Assembly: GCA_947475205.1 (NCBI GenBank)
Contig: CANJNG010000004.1
Location: 2,769 to 66,768 of the forward strand
Origin: Bacteroidota bacterium
Lineage (GTDB): Bacteria > Bacteroidota > Bacteroidia > JAIBAJ01
Direction of reading: 5' to 3'
DNA: 64,000 nt
Within the stretch, counting starts at the first letter, position 1. Each line of letters begins with the position of its first letter. The translations under genes were made by a program, and so were the position numbers. The notes beneath the pieces are model-generated. The model had not been told where the DNA came from and ran no database searches. It saw only the letters and a list, made by a program, of their open reading frames with translations. This document shows, one piece after another, positions 22,088 to 31,260 of the stretch.

Positions 22088-23044
22088 TTAAAAGAACCGT
22101 TTCAAGGTGAACTCACCGTCTTGGTCGGTGTCGTTTCGTACAATAAAGTAACGGTAACCGTTATTCATTACCTGACTGCCCATGCAAGTGCTTTGACTAT
22201 GGCCGGTGATAGAAAAGAAGGGCGGACCGGTGAATGGTTCGGTGCGGGAAAGGCCAACACCAAAGTTAAGATCTGCATCGCCGTGGCTTGTTATCTCCAT
22301 TTTGTCGTTTGCTTTAAACGTGTGCACAAACACCACCTTCCAGGACTGCCTAGGCACAGTCACATCAAATGAAGTTTGCTTCTTGTTCATAATGTTTTCT
22401 ACATCGAAATAACCCAATAGCGAAGCAAGGTTATTGATAGCCGTTTTAATTAATGAGGCGTAGGCATCCATCAAACCATCGGCCATAAGTAAGCGTTGGG
22501 TTTCAACAGCAGCCGACGAAACCTCGGTGCCAGTAATGTCCATGCCCGATTCTTCGATGGCATTTTCATAACTAGTCAGAAATGCGGTAACCGTTACTTT
22601 CAGTGCAGCAAGGTTAGCATCGGTGCCAATGGCCTCTAAAAGAGTGGTTACAGCACTCAGGCGGTCTTGATGTCCGCCTTTTTGAAACGGTTTGCGGCGG
22701 TGGGGCAGCAACTCTTTGTAGCGGGTGCTGGGCACATCATAATGTTGCTGAATGGCGGCATCCCATTGGCGGATATACGTGCCGCTCAGCAACTTTTCAA
22801 GGGCTAATACGGCATCGGTACTGCTTATGTGGCCTTCGTCGCTGCTAAACCAAGCATCGTAAACATTTTTGAAGGCCAAATAAAGCGGATGATACACATT
22901 GTAGATAGCCAGAATTGCCGCATTGGCAATTTGACCGTGCAGAGCCAAATCGGTGTATTTGGCAATTGCCATCATTTTTAAATAATTCCCTCTTGTTACA
23001 ATTTCAAAAGGGTTGCGGAGAAATGCCCAAATTAAAGCTGCCAT
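22088..23044 (-). CDS. Hypothetical protein (no recognisable domain; C-terminal ...FTLKRFF)
   Basis: 318-aa ORF with no internal stops. It is transcribed divergently from the 42-bp tandem-repeat promoter region. No motif was recognised. Confidence 0.45.
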   Translation of the reverse strand: MAALIWAFLRNPFEIVTRGNYLKMMAIAKYTDLALHGQIANAAILAIYNVYHPLYLAFKNVYDAWFSSDEGHISSTDAVLALEKLLSGTYIRQWDAAIQQHYDVPSTRYKELLPHRRKPFQKGGHQDRLSAVTTLLEAIGTDANLAALKVTVTAFLTSYENAIEESGMDITGTEVSSAAVETQRLLMADGLMDAYASLIKTAINNLASLLGYFDVENIMNKKQTSFDVTVPRQSWKVVFVHTFKANDKMEITSHGDADLNFGVGLSRTEPFTGPPFFSITGHSQSTCMGSQVMNNGYRYFIVRNDTDQDGEFTLKRFF

Positions 23045-23220
23045 AATTTCTAGTTTTTAAAAGGTTAGTAAATATTGAATTATGACTGTAAAATTAAAAA
23101 CCCACTAAATTGCAAACGTTAAATTTTATTAACAAAATATTAACTGCTAGGAAACCCCAATCTGGGCATTATGTTCCCGCCCGTCTACAACCTAAAACCG
23201 ACCGGTAATTTCATATCCAA

Positions 23221-23472
23221 ACACGTGTTTTGCCAAGGTTCTATATGTAGAATGATGCCCGGACACGTGTTTTGCCAAGGTTCTATATGTGGAATGATGC
23301 CCGGACACGTGTTTTGCCAAGGTTCTACATGTAGAATGATGCCCGGACACGTGTTTTGCCAAGGTTCTATATGTAGAATGATGCCCGGACACATGTTTTG
23401 CCAAGGTTCTATAGTTAGAATGATGTCCGGACACGTGTTTTGCCAAGGTTCTATATGTGGAATGATGCTCGA
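23221..23472. repeat. Tandem array, 42-bp unit x6, each unit carrying ACACGTGT and TTCTA-N4-TAGAA palindromes
   Basis: Units start at 23221, 23263, 23305, 23347, 23389 and 23431. The consensus is ACACGTGTTTTGCCAAGGTTCTATATGTAGAATGATGCCCGG with 1-3 substitutions per unit. The ORFs at 23171..23545 and on the complementary strand are repeat artefacts. Confidence 0.9.
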
Positions 23473-23709
23473 TAAGTTTATTTTGCTAAAGGGTAGGTGT
23501 GATATTTATAGAATGGGATTATTCGGGGGTATTTGGATGGGGTAGGATGTGCGATGGGGTAGAGGGTTCAGATTTTATTTGTGGGATATTTAAAAATAGG
23601 CCTTAGACCTACAACGCGAAAGGGCAAGGTTGATAAGCTTTGCTCAGCGAAGTTTTGGGTTATCTAGGAGTGAGCTATAGATTTTATTGCATTTCCTATT
23701 TTTGCTCCA

Positions 23710-24341
23710 TGAAATTTACCATTGAAAACCTACACCATAAAATCGAAGATTTTTTGGGTGACGATAACGTTACCTTTCATTTCGATATTCATATTTCGGA
23801 ACCGGAAGAGTTTTTGATAAAAAACTATCCCTTCCATTATCATGAACTCACACACTATCTGCAAGAAGCCAATCCGGCCTTGCATGCTTATTTAAGTAAG
23901 ATTCGCAAGGATATTGGGGGTTGGGGGCCAAAGGAAAATAAAATATTCGAGGCCCTGGAACCCGACACTCTTAATGAAGTTTATAAGTATGTGGAAGAGT
24001 GCCTCCTTAAACGAGATTGGCAATTGGTATATGAACGAGAACAGAAATGGAAGAAAATGGCACTTGAAGCTAAGGTGGAAGAGCACAAGAAAATAGAGAA
24101 GGTTTTTGATGATCTTAGTGAGGGTATGCCCAATGCTTCAATGATGCAGCGAAAGTTTTACCGTTTTGCTGAAACTGTGGAAAAGCAAATTCAGGCAACT
24201 GCCGTTGATATTTACCCCGAACTAATGAATGGAAATGCCGAGCAAATGGACGAGTTCCGATATTTATTCAGCCGCGAAGTAAGCTCGATGCATGAAAGGC
24301 TTTCTAAACATTTAGAAAGCATAAGGAAGGCAAATACATGA
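23710..24341 (+). CDS. Hypothetical protein (charged, predicted helical/coiled-coil)
   Basis: The ORF at 23640..24341 has an internal Met at 23710 (MKFTIENLHHK...). It is rich in E/K heptad-like segments. No known domain was recognised. Confidence 0.45.
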
Positions 24342-24425
24342 CGAGAGAAGAGGCAATTGGAACAAGTCGAATTGGCAGTGTGTAATGCAATATAAAAGGG
24401 TTTATTGTCTAACCCATTTAAATAC

Positions 24426-24482
24426 AATTTTTCCACACCTTTGCCGCCCCCAATGAGCAAAGCCACCACCGCAACGGAAACG
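24426..24482 (+). repeat. Duplicate of the mutS promoter-proximal/5' coding segment (about 55 bp, ~93% identical to 25574-25630)
   Basis: AATTTTTCCACACCTTTGCCGCCCCCAATGAGCAAAGCCACCACCGCAACGGAAAC at 24426-24482 matches AATTTTTCCACACCTTTGCCACCCCAATGAGCAAAGCCACCACCGCAGCGGAAAC at the authentic mutS start. The copy encodes MSKATTATETKG followed by a stop. Confidence 0.85.
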
Positions 24483-24487
24483 AAGGG

Positions 24488-25336
24488 TTAATGCTGTACG
24501 CTTATTCTTGCATTTATGTGGCGATGACCTACTGTTAGTTTCAGTAAGTAAATGCCATTAGCCAAATTGCCGGTATTAAAGTCCACTTCGGTGATTCCTG
24601 ATGCCATAAATACATTATTTGTCGCCGAAATAGATTGCCCCAAACAGTTTTCTAAGCTATAAGATACATCATTAGGTTTGTCTAAGTTCAACCGAAGTTT
24701 GGTTGCCTCGTTAGCTGGATTTGGGAACAAATCATAACTAAAATCAAGATCCATGATTTCGGTAGTGCTATTAGGCGATATTCCGCACTTGCCAGCAATA
24801 TAATCTCTTAAATTTACTTCATTGGTAAGTGAATTGCTTAGTTTGTAAAGTTTCTTATCCTCGCAAACCACAAATATTGCAGGTAAACCATACGTTTGTC
24901 CGGGCTGCACGAATTTCAGAACAACAGAATTAGAATTTGCGGGATCGCAAATCGGATGGGTAGTCCCCGTAATCCAATCGCCTTGAGTATTTGTACCCGT
25001 TCCTTGCAAATCCGCCATATCTGTTGAATTATCCACTTCGTAAAGAAACACTTCTGCATCTTTTACTTCACTTGTTCCCGTAGGTCCATATAGATTATAG
25101 TATCTATCCAGCACTTCGCTTTGATGATACCCCCAACATATTCCGCACCAAGTAGCCGACAAATCAATAATGACATGTTTGCCTGCATTTGTCATAGTAA
25201 ACAGGTCGTGGCTTACGTTGTTTAAATCGGTAAGTGTAGCGGTAGTAGAAATTGCGGTTCCGTCCGGATAATACACCTGAGATCTAGAAGTGAAGGCTGT
25301 GGCTAAAATAGCCAATAAGAGTAGGTTTTTTTTCAT
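24488..25336 (-). CDS. Secreted thioredoxin-like protein with T9SS C-terminal sorting domain
   Basis: It has a signal peptide (MKKNLLLLAILATAFTSRSQ) and a CxxC motif in thioredoxin-like context (DLSATWCGICWGYH). The C-terminal Por secretion tail reads NGIYLLKLTVGHRHINARISVQH. Confidence 0.65.
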   Translation of the reverse strand: MKKNLLLLAILATAFTSRSQVYYPDGTAISTTATLTDLNNVSHDLFTMTNAGKHVIIDLSATWCGICWGYHQSEVLDRYYNLYGPTGTSEVKDAEVFLYEVDNSTDMADLQGTGTNTQGDWITGTTHPICDPANSNSVVLKFVQPGQTYGLPAIFVVCEDKKLYKLSNSLTNEVNLRDYIAGKCGISPNSTTEIMDLDFSYDLFPNPANEATKLRLNLDKPNDVSYSLENCLGQSISATNNVFMASGITEVDFNTGNLANGIYLLKLTVGHRHINARISVQH

Positions 25337-25601
25337 GACGAATATTTTCGTTTGGTTAATATAGACTACAAATATAGTATATCTGTTAAATATAAAGTTA
25401 GCATCCGTTGAAATAAATTCCTCTTATGGTAACTTTTCATCCAAATTTTAGACGCCTGAAGATTAGCCCCCGACCTATACTGACTCCAATCAAAGGAAGT
25501 TTCGGCTACGAAATTTGCTAATTGATATTAACGTTTGGTTCATAAACAATGGGGTAATTGTCATACTTTTCATCCAATTTTTCCACACCTTTGCCACCCC
25601 A

Positions 25602-28226
25602 ATGAGCAAAGCCACCACCGCAGCGGAAACCCCGCTGATGAAGCAATACAACGGCATTAAGTCCAAACATCCCGATGCGATATTGCTGTTTAGGGTAGGC
25701 GATTTCTACGAAACATTTGGCGAAGATGCCGTGAAGGCTTCCAAGGTGCTGGGCATCGTGCTTACCAAGCGGGGAAGTGGTTCGGCTACCGAGGTGGCTT
25801 TGGCCGGATTTCCCTACCACTCCCTCGAAACGTATTTGCCGAAATTGGTTCGGGCAGGCTATCGGGTGGCGGTGTGTGACCAGTTAGAAGATCCCAAGTT
25901 TACCAAAACCATTGTGAAGCGGGGCGTCACCGAAATGGTAACGCCGGGGGTAACGTTTAATGACCATATACTCGAAGCTAAATCGAACAACTTTTTGGCA
26001 GCAGTGTATTTTGACAAAACACAGTTCGGGCTTGCTTTTCTCGATGTATCCACCGGTGAGTTTCTAGCCGGAGCGGGAGATAAAGAATATGCCGACAAGT
26101 TGCTGCAAAGCTTCCGGCCCGGAGAAATTCTTTTCCCTAAACAAAACAAGAACATTTTCAGGGAAAACTTTGGCGGCATCAGCTCTGAGTTTGGGCTGGA
26201 AGATTGGGTGTTCTCCGACGATTATTCGCAAGAACTGCTGCTCAAGCATTTCGCCACCAAATCGCTAAAAGGTTTTGGGTTTGAAAAGAACGGATTGCAT
26301 ACCATAGCGGCGGGTGCGGCACTGCATTATTTGTCTGAAACCCGCCACGACAGGCTGAAACATATCACGAAGCTTCAGCTTATCCAAGAAGAGAATTTCG
26401 TTTGGCTGGATAAGTTCACGATTCGTAACCTCGAAATATTTGGTACAAACACACCAGGAGGAACAGCCTTGGTGGATATTCTGGATAATACATGCACGCC
26501 GATGGGTGGCCGCTTGCTGAAACGCTGGGTGGCATTGCCGCTCAAAAACCGCAAGGCGATAGAAGACCGATTGAATGCGGTTTCAGAACTGAAGGACAAT
26601 GCAGAGCTGAAAGATAATCTGCAAAAGCACCTGTCTTCGGTAGGCGATTTGGAAAGGCTGATGTCGAAGATTGCGGCAGCACGCATCAATCCCCGCGAGG
26701 TAGTGCAACTCCGAAGAACCTTAGAATTGCTTGTTCCGATAAAGGAACTGTGCCTGTCGGCCAACTCCGCTCCGCTCAAACATATAGGCGAACAACTGAA
26801 CCCCTGCCTTTCTATGGTGGAGAAGATTTTCAATGAGGTGCAAGAAGACCCACCGGCATTGGTAAACAAAGGCGGAGTGATAAAAACGGGTGTGAATGCC
26901 GAGTTGGACGAACTACGAGCAATAAGCTCAGCAGGGAAAGATTACCTGCTGCAAGTGCAGCAACGCGAAGCCCTCAAAACGGGCATTACCTCGCTAAAGG
27001 TGGCCTACAATCAGGTGTTTGGTTACTATATTGAAGTGACCAACGCCCACAAAAGTAGAGTGCCCGAAGAATGGGTGCGGAAGCAAACCCTCACCGGTGC
27101 CGAACGCTATATAACCGAGGAGCTAAAAGAATACGAAACCAAGATATTGGGGGCAGAAGAGAAGATTCTGGGCTTGGAAACCCGTCTCTTCGAAGAGTTG
27201 GTTACCGCCTTGGGCGAATACACCGAAGCGGTGCAATTGGATGCTACCTTGGTGGCAAGGCTCGACTGTTTGGTGAACTTTGCCCAAATAGCTATTGACA
27301 ACAACTACGCAAAACCACACCTGAACGATGGCAACATCCTTTCTATAAAACAGGCACGTCACCCGGTTATTGAAAAGCTATTGGCGGTGGGCGAAGAGTA
27401 TGTGCCGAATGATATTCTGCTCGACCCCGAAGATTGTCAGGTGATTATTATGACGGGGCCCAATATGTCGGGTAAATCTGCCTTGCTTCGGCAAACTGCT
27501 TTGGTGGTTATCATGGCTCAGATTGGCTGCTTTGTGCCTGCCCAAAGTGCCGAGATAGGCGTGGTGGACAAAATCTTCACTCGTGTGGGAGCGTCAGACA
27601 ACATTAGTTCGGGAGAGAGTACGTTTATGGTGGAAATGAACGAAACGGCCAGCATCCTGAATAACCTAACACCGAAATCCTTGGTAATATTGGACGAGAT
27701 AGGCCGAGGAACCAGCACCTACGATGGTATTTCTATTGCCTGGGCTATTACGGAATTCCTGCACGAACATCCTTCGGCACGGGCCAAAACAATGTTTGCT
27801 ACTCACTACCACGAACTGAACGAGATGGAAAAGTCCCTTAGCCGTGTGCGGAACTTCTCCATTGCAATAAAGGAGATAAACAACAAGATTATCTTTTTGC
27901 GAAAGCTAATTGCAGGTGGTAGCGAACATAGCTTCGGGATACACGTTGCCCGCATGGCCGGAATGCCGCCCAAGGTGATAGAGCGTGCCAACCAAATACT
28001 TTCGCACCTCGAAAAAGACCATAGTTCGGAAGTCCTAACGGATAGTAAACCTTCCACGGGCAAAAAGGCCGCCCAGCCCGATTACCAGCTTAGCTTCTTC
28101 CAACTCGACGACCCGGTTCTTTCGCAAATCAAAGACGAAATATTGAAAACGGACATCAACACCTTAACTCCTGTGGAGGCTTTGATGAAGCTGAATGAGA
28201 TTAAGAAGGTGCTGTTGGGGAAATGA
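25602..28226 (+). CDS. mutS: DNA mismatch repair protein MutS
   Basis: The ATG at 25602 gives [37 protein letters not shown]... Walker A is GPNMSGKS, and the [12 protein letters not shown] and HYHEL motifs are present. Length is about 875 aa. Confidence 0.92.
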   Translation: MSKATTAAETPLMKQYNGIKSKHPDAILLFRVGDFYETFGEDAVKASKVLGIVLTKRGSGSATEVALAGFPYHSLETYLPKLVRAGYRVAVCDQLEDPKFTKTIVKRGVTEMVTPGVTFNDHILEAKSNNFLAAVYFDKTQFGLAFLDVSTGEFLAGAGDKEYADKLLQSFRPGEILFPKQNKNIFRENFGGISSEFGLEDWVFSDDYSQELLLKHFATKSLKGFGFEKNGLHTIAAGAALHYLSETRHDRLKHITKLQLIQEENFVWLDKFTIRNLEIFGTNTPGGTALVDILDNTCTPMGGRLLKRWVALPLKNRKAIEDRLNAVSELKDNAELKDNLQKHLSSVGDLERLMSKIAAARINPREVVQLRRTLELLVPIKELCLSANSAPLKHIGEQLNPCLSMVEKIFNEVQEDPPALVNKGGVIKTGVNAELDELRAISSAGKDYLLQVQQREALKTGITSLKVAYNQVFGYYIEVTNAHKSRVPEEWVRKQTLTGAERYITEELKEYETKILGAEEKILGLETRLFEELVTALGEYTEAVQLDATLVARLDCLVNFAQIAIDNNYAKPHLNDGNILSIKQARHPVIEKLLAVGEEYVPNDILLDPEDCQVIIMTGPNMSGKSALLRQTALVVIMAQIGCFVPAQSAEIGVVDKIFTRVGASDNISSGESTFMVEMNETASILNNLTPKSLVILDEIGRGTSTYDGISIAWAITEFLHEHPSARAKTMFATHYHELNEMEKSLSRVRNFSIAIKEINNKIIFLRKLIAGGSEHSFGIHVARMAGMPPKVIERANQILSHLEKDHSSEVLTDSKPSTGKKAAQPDYQLSFFQLDDPVLSQIKDEILKTDINTLTPVEALMKLNEIKKVLLGK

Positions 28227-28279
28227 ATTGACAATTAACAACGGCGAAGCCCTCTTGTCATCATTTAAAACAAACTAAA

Positions 28280-29032
28280 TTGACAAAATTGCCAATGAGC
28301 AGAACTTGCTTGCTTTTATTGTTGTTGCTTGCTTTTGAAGGCAAGGGACAATTACGGGGGAAGTATTGTTATACGTATACACTAGAAACGGAATGTTTGA
28401 ATTTCTTGAATGATTCGGTTTTAGAACGTGAATGTGAAAATTTTGAGCATGTGAAACAATCCAAATCTATAATGTGGTACACTGTAGAAGGAAATATGTT
28501 GCGATTTAAATCTATTCGGACAAAACCATTTCTCCAAAATACTGAGGTTGTAGAGATTGATGATGTTCCTGAACTGGAAATAAGCAAATCCCCTAGTGTA
28601 AAGGACTCTTTAAGTGTGTGTGTGAAAGTCTTTGATTTTAAAACTAAAGAAGAATTGAAAAACCTGGATTGTAGTATGACACTATTTCAAAACGGCAAAA
28701 GAATTGCCACAGCTAAGTCCCCAAGAAATTCAGCGATTGTTCCCTGCATCAAAATGAAAGGGCAATTGGATTCTCTTAGATTAAACATCTATGGATTTGA
28801 ATATTACAGAGCAAATAACATTGAAATCAAATCGGGGAACTCATACAGTATTAATGCTTTTTTGAAACCAATGCAACTTGAATCAATACATCCGGTTTTA
28901 ATAATCCCCAAGACTTTTGTATATGAAGTTGGTGATATTAAAAGGGAATACATTGAGTTGAAAGGAGAGCACTCACCAGATAGTTATTGGGAAGGCGTTC
29001 ATCAAAAGGTGAAATATTTGCGGGTGAAATAA
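28280..29032 (+). CDS. Hypothetical secreted protein (low-GC cassette inserted at the mutS 3' end)
   Basis: 250 aa with a hydrophobic N-terminus (LLLLLLLAFEGKG). No domain was recognised. The gene is about 35% GC against about 48% for mutS. Copies of the mutS terminus flank it. Confidence 0.5.
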   Translation: MTKLPMSRTCLLLLLLLAFEGKGQLRGKYCYTYTLETECLNFLNDSVLERECENFEHVKQSKSIMWYTVEGNMLRFKSIRTKPFLQNTEVVEIDDVPELEISKSPSVKDSLSVCVKVFDFKTKEELKNLDCSMTLFQNGKRIATAKSPRNSAIVPCIKMKGQLDSLRLNIYGFEYYRANNIEIKSGNSYSINAFLKPMQLESIHPVLIIPKTFVYEVGDIKREYIELKGEHSPDSYWEGVHQKVKYLRVK

Positions 29033-29045
29033 TTCTTGGCTTTAA

Positions 29046-29070
29046 TGAAACTGAATGAGATTAAGAAGGT
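29046..29070 (+). repeat. Partial second copy of the mutS 3' terminus (TGAAACTGAATGAGATTAAGAAGGT)
   Basis: 24 of 25 bases match 28186-28210 (TGAAGCTGAATGAGATTAAGAAGGT). Confidence 0.8.
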
Positions 29071-29071
29071 A

Positions 29072-29361
29072 CTACTCCACCTCGCCACCATATCTAATGT
29101 GATAGATAATTATACTTTGTTTACCCACCTTGTAAGCAAATACCCATTTTTTGTCAAATGTGGCACAATGTAGCCCTTGAGCCAAAAGTTTGGGGCTTTT
29201 ACATAGTGGATAAGCCTTGTAATAATTTCCGAGATGGTAGCCAAACTCAATTAAACTTTCGGCATACTTAATTGCCGTTTCCGGCATTTTTATTCAGTAG
29301 CAATATAGTCGGCTATTTGTTCAATACTTGATAGTGCTGCTTTTCTGATAAGCACTTTCAT
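29072..29361 (-). pseudogene. ParE/RelE-family type II toxin, disrupted by a 2-bp insertion (N-terminal 23-aa ORF plus C-terminal 71-aa ORF)
   Basis: The reverse strand encodes MKVLIRKAALSSIEQIADYIATE, then a stop, then in the +2 frame MPETAIKYAESLIEFGYHLGNYY...WVFAYKVGKQSIIIYHIRYGGEVE. Together they fit the ParE pattern (A-x-x-D-L-x-x-I-x-x-Y-I ... P-x-x-A ... Y-R-V-x-x-x-x-I-x-I-x-R-I-x-H). Removing TA from the complement of 29291-29292 would fuse them into a single ~95-aa ORF. Confidence 0.5.
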
Positions 29362-29555
29362 TACTTGGCCATTTTCTTTGCTTCAATTCTTTTACTCACC
29401 TCCCCTTTGAGTTCAGCAGCAAAAACATCAAACGAAACTGTATCAGCCTCTTCGTCCAAAAACACAATACCCTTACTCTTTTCGGCCAATACTTTTGCAG
29501 CAGCTAATAGTGCTTTCCCCGCATTGGTGTTTTCGTTTATTTCTATGGTAACCAT
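29361..29555 (-). CDS. Putative antitoxin of the ParE-like module
   Basis: 64-aa ORF directly upstream of the toxin. Its TAA stop shares the A of the toxin ATG (TAATG overlap). It is a small charged protein without a recognisable fold. Confidence 0.4.
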   Translation of the reverse strand: MVTIEINENTNAGKALLAAAKVLAEKSKGIVFLDEEADTVSFDVFAAELKGEVSKRIEAKKMAK

Positions 29556-29599
29556 TTGGTGAAAATTGATAAAGCAAAGATATAGGATTTGAGTAAGCC

Positions 29600-29656
29600 C
29601 CTGTGGAGGCTTTGATGAAGCTGAATTAGATTAAGAAGGTGTTTCTTGGGAGGGGA
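29600..29656 (+). repeat. Third copy of the mutS 3' terminus (about 45 bp with 1 mismatch, then divergent tail)
   Basis: CCTGTGGAGGCTTTGATGAAGCTGAATTAGATTAAGAAGGTG compared with authentic CCTGTGGAGGCTTTGATGAAGCTGAATGAGATTAAGAAGGTG at 28170-28211. Confidence 0.85.
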
Positions 29657-29796
29657 GGATTTGATGACTATTCCATTAAGTTATCTATACACTTGGTTTG
29701 ATATTACTCGATAATTCCCAAAAAAATTATTTTCCATCCCACACAATATCTTTTCCATTTTTCTGTTATGTGTATCAAAAACATACCTAATCAAAA

Positions 29797-31251
29797 ATGA
29801 AACTACCTTTGCCGCCCACAATGTCTTCTCGGATTCTACTTTTTTCTGCCATCATTGCCTTTCTTTGGCTTGGATTTTCTTCCTGTAAAAAGGATAAATT
29901 TACCACCAATGGTGCTTTAGATTTCAGTAACGATACCGTAATTTTCGACACCGTTTTTACTCAAATTGGCTCGTCCACCAAAGCGTTTAAGATTTACAAT
30001 ACCCACAACGAGAATATCCGCATCAGCAAAATATACATTGCGGGAGGCGAAACAAGTAAGTATAGGATGAATATTGACGGGGTTTCCGGTCGGGTTTTTA
30101 CCGATATTGAAATTGCCCCAAACGACAGTATGTGGGGTTTTGTAGAAGTTACCCTCGACCCCAACAATCAAAACACCCCGCTCATTGTTACCGATAGCAT
30201 TATCTTTGAAACCAACGGGGTTCAGCAAGATATAGATTTGGTGGCTTTTGGTCAGGACGCTATTTTCCTCTATCCCGAACCCGGTAATTTTGGCTTTTAC
30301 CTTGATTGCAGCGAACTTAACTGGAATAGCACAAAACCTTATGTGATATATGGCCAGGCAATTGTTAAACCTGGCTGCACTCTAGATATGGCTCCGGGTA
30401 CTCGGGTTTATATTCATAAATATTCCAGTTTGGCTATTGCAGAGGGGGCGGGCTTAGATATTCATGGGACTAAATCAGATAGTGTAATAATTCAAGGCGA
30501 TCGTTTAGAGTTGGACTACCGCGAACTACCCGGTCAGTGGCAAGGACTTTTCATCAAACAACCCATATTGGCCAATATTGATTATGCCGTTATTAAAAAT
30601 GGCAATTTGGGAATATTCTGTGATGGTGATAGCACAAATTCTATTCCGGCTTCTGCCACTGTTCATATTACCAATACTAAGGTCTTAAATATGGGAGCAA
30701 CCTGCTTTTATGGCCGGCATAGCAAAGTTAAGATGGAGAATTGTGTTTGGGGGAATGGAGCACAGTATGTTGCAGCATTTACTCAGGGAGGGGATTATGA
30801 ATGCAATAATTGCACCTTTGCTGATTATTATTCTTATGCTACTCGTAACACCCCTGCCGTACTCATTACCAATTATTTTCAAGACGAAAATGACGTGGTC
30901 TATTCTTACGACCTAACAAATATTCTTTTTAATAATTGCCTGATATATGGCAGTAATCCTTCTGAATTAGAATTTAGTAATCAAGGTGGCGGCCAATTTA
31001 ATTATAAGTTTAGAAATACTATGTTTCGGGTTAAAGATGATTTCAGTTCATCGGATGCCAATTATTTTGAATCCATTTACAGAAACCCCAATGGTGACAG
31101 CTTGTTCGTGAACTCGGCCATCAATGACTACCATTTAAGACAAACTTCACCTGCAAGAGACAAAGGCAATAGCGGTGCAACACCAATAGATATTGATGGT
31201 AAACCCCGTGATAGCTCCCCCGACCTTGGTGCTTATGAATTTATTCCGTAG
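29797..31251 (+). CDS. Putative lipoprotein with right-handed parallel beta-helix (pectate-lyase-like) repeats
   Basis: The N-terminus has a signal with a possible lipobox (WLGFSSC). Multiple N/G/T-rich repeats are typical of beta-helix proteins (NGNLGIFCDGDSTNS, NTKVLNMGATCFYGRHS, NNCLIYGSNPSE). Confidence 0.55.
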   Translation: MKLPLPPTMSSRILLFSAIIAFLWLGFSSCKKDKFTTNGALDFSNDTVIFDTVFTQIGSSTKAFKIYNTHNENIRISKIYIAGGETSKYRMNIDGVSGRVFTDIEIAPNDSMWGFVEVTLDPNNQNTPLIVTDSIIFETNGVQQDIDLVAFGQDAIFLYPEPGNFGFYLDCSELNWNSTKPYVIYGQAIVKPGCTLDMAPGTRVYIHKYSSLAIAEGAGLDIHGTKSDSVIIQGDRLELDYRELPGQWQGLFIKQPILANIDYAVIKNGNLGIFCDGDSTNSIPASATVHITNTKVLNMGATCFYGRHSKVKMENCVWGNGAQYVAAFTQGGDYECNNCTFADYYSYATRNTPAVLITNYFQDENDVVYSYDLTNILFNNCLIYGSNPSELEFSNQGGGQFNYKFRNTMFRVKDDFSSSDANYFESIYRNPNGDSLFVNSAINDYHLRQTSPARDKGNSGATPIDIDGKPRDSSPDLGAYEFIP

Positions 31252-31260
31252 AAAAGAGAT

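Noticed and set aside
23171-23545. ORFs 23171..23545 (+), 23185..23394 (-) and 23192..23446 (-) encoding repetitive CQGSICRMMPGHVF-type peptides
   Set aside because: They lie entirely within the 42-bp x6 tandem array. They are open on both strands only because the repeat unit lacks stops, so they are most likely not genes.
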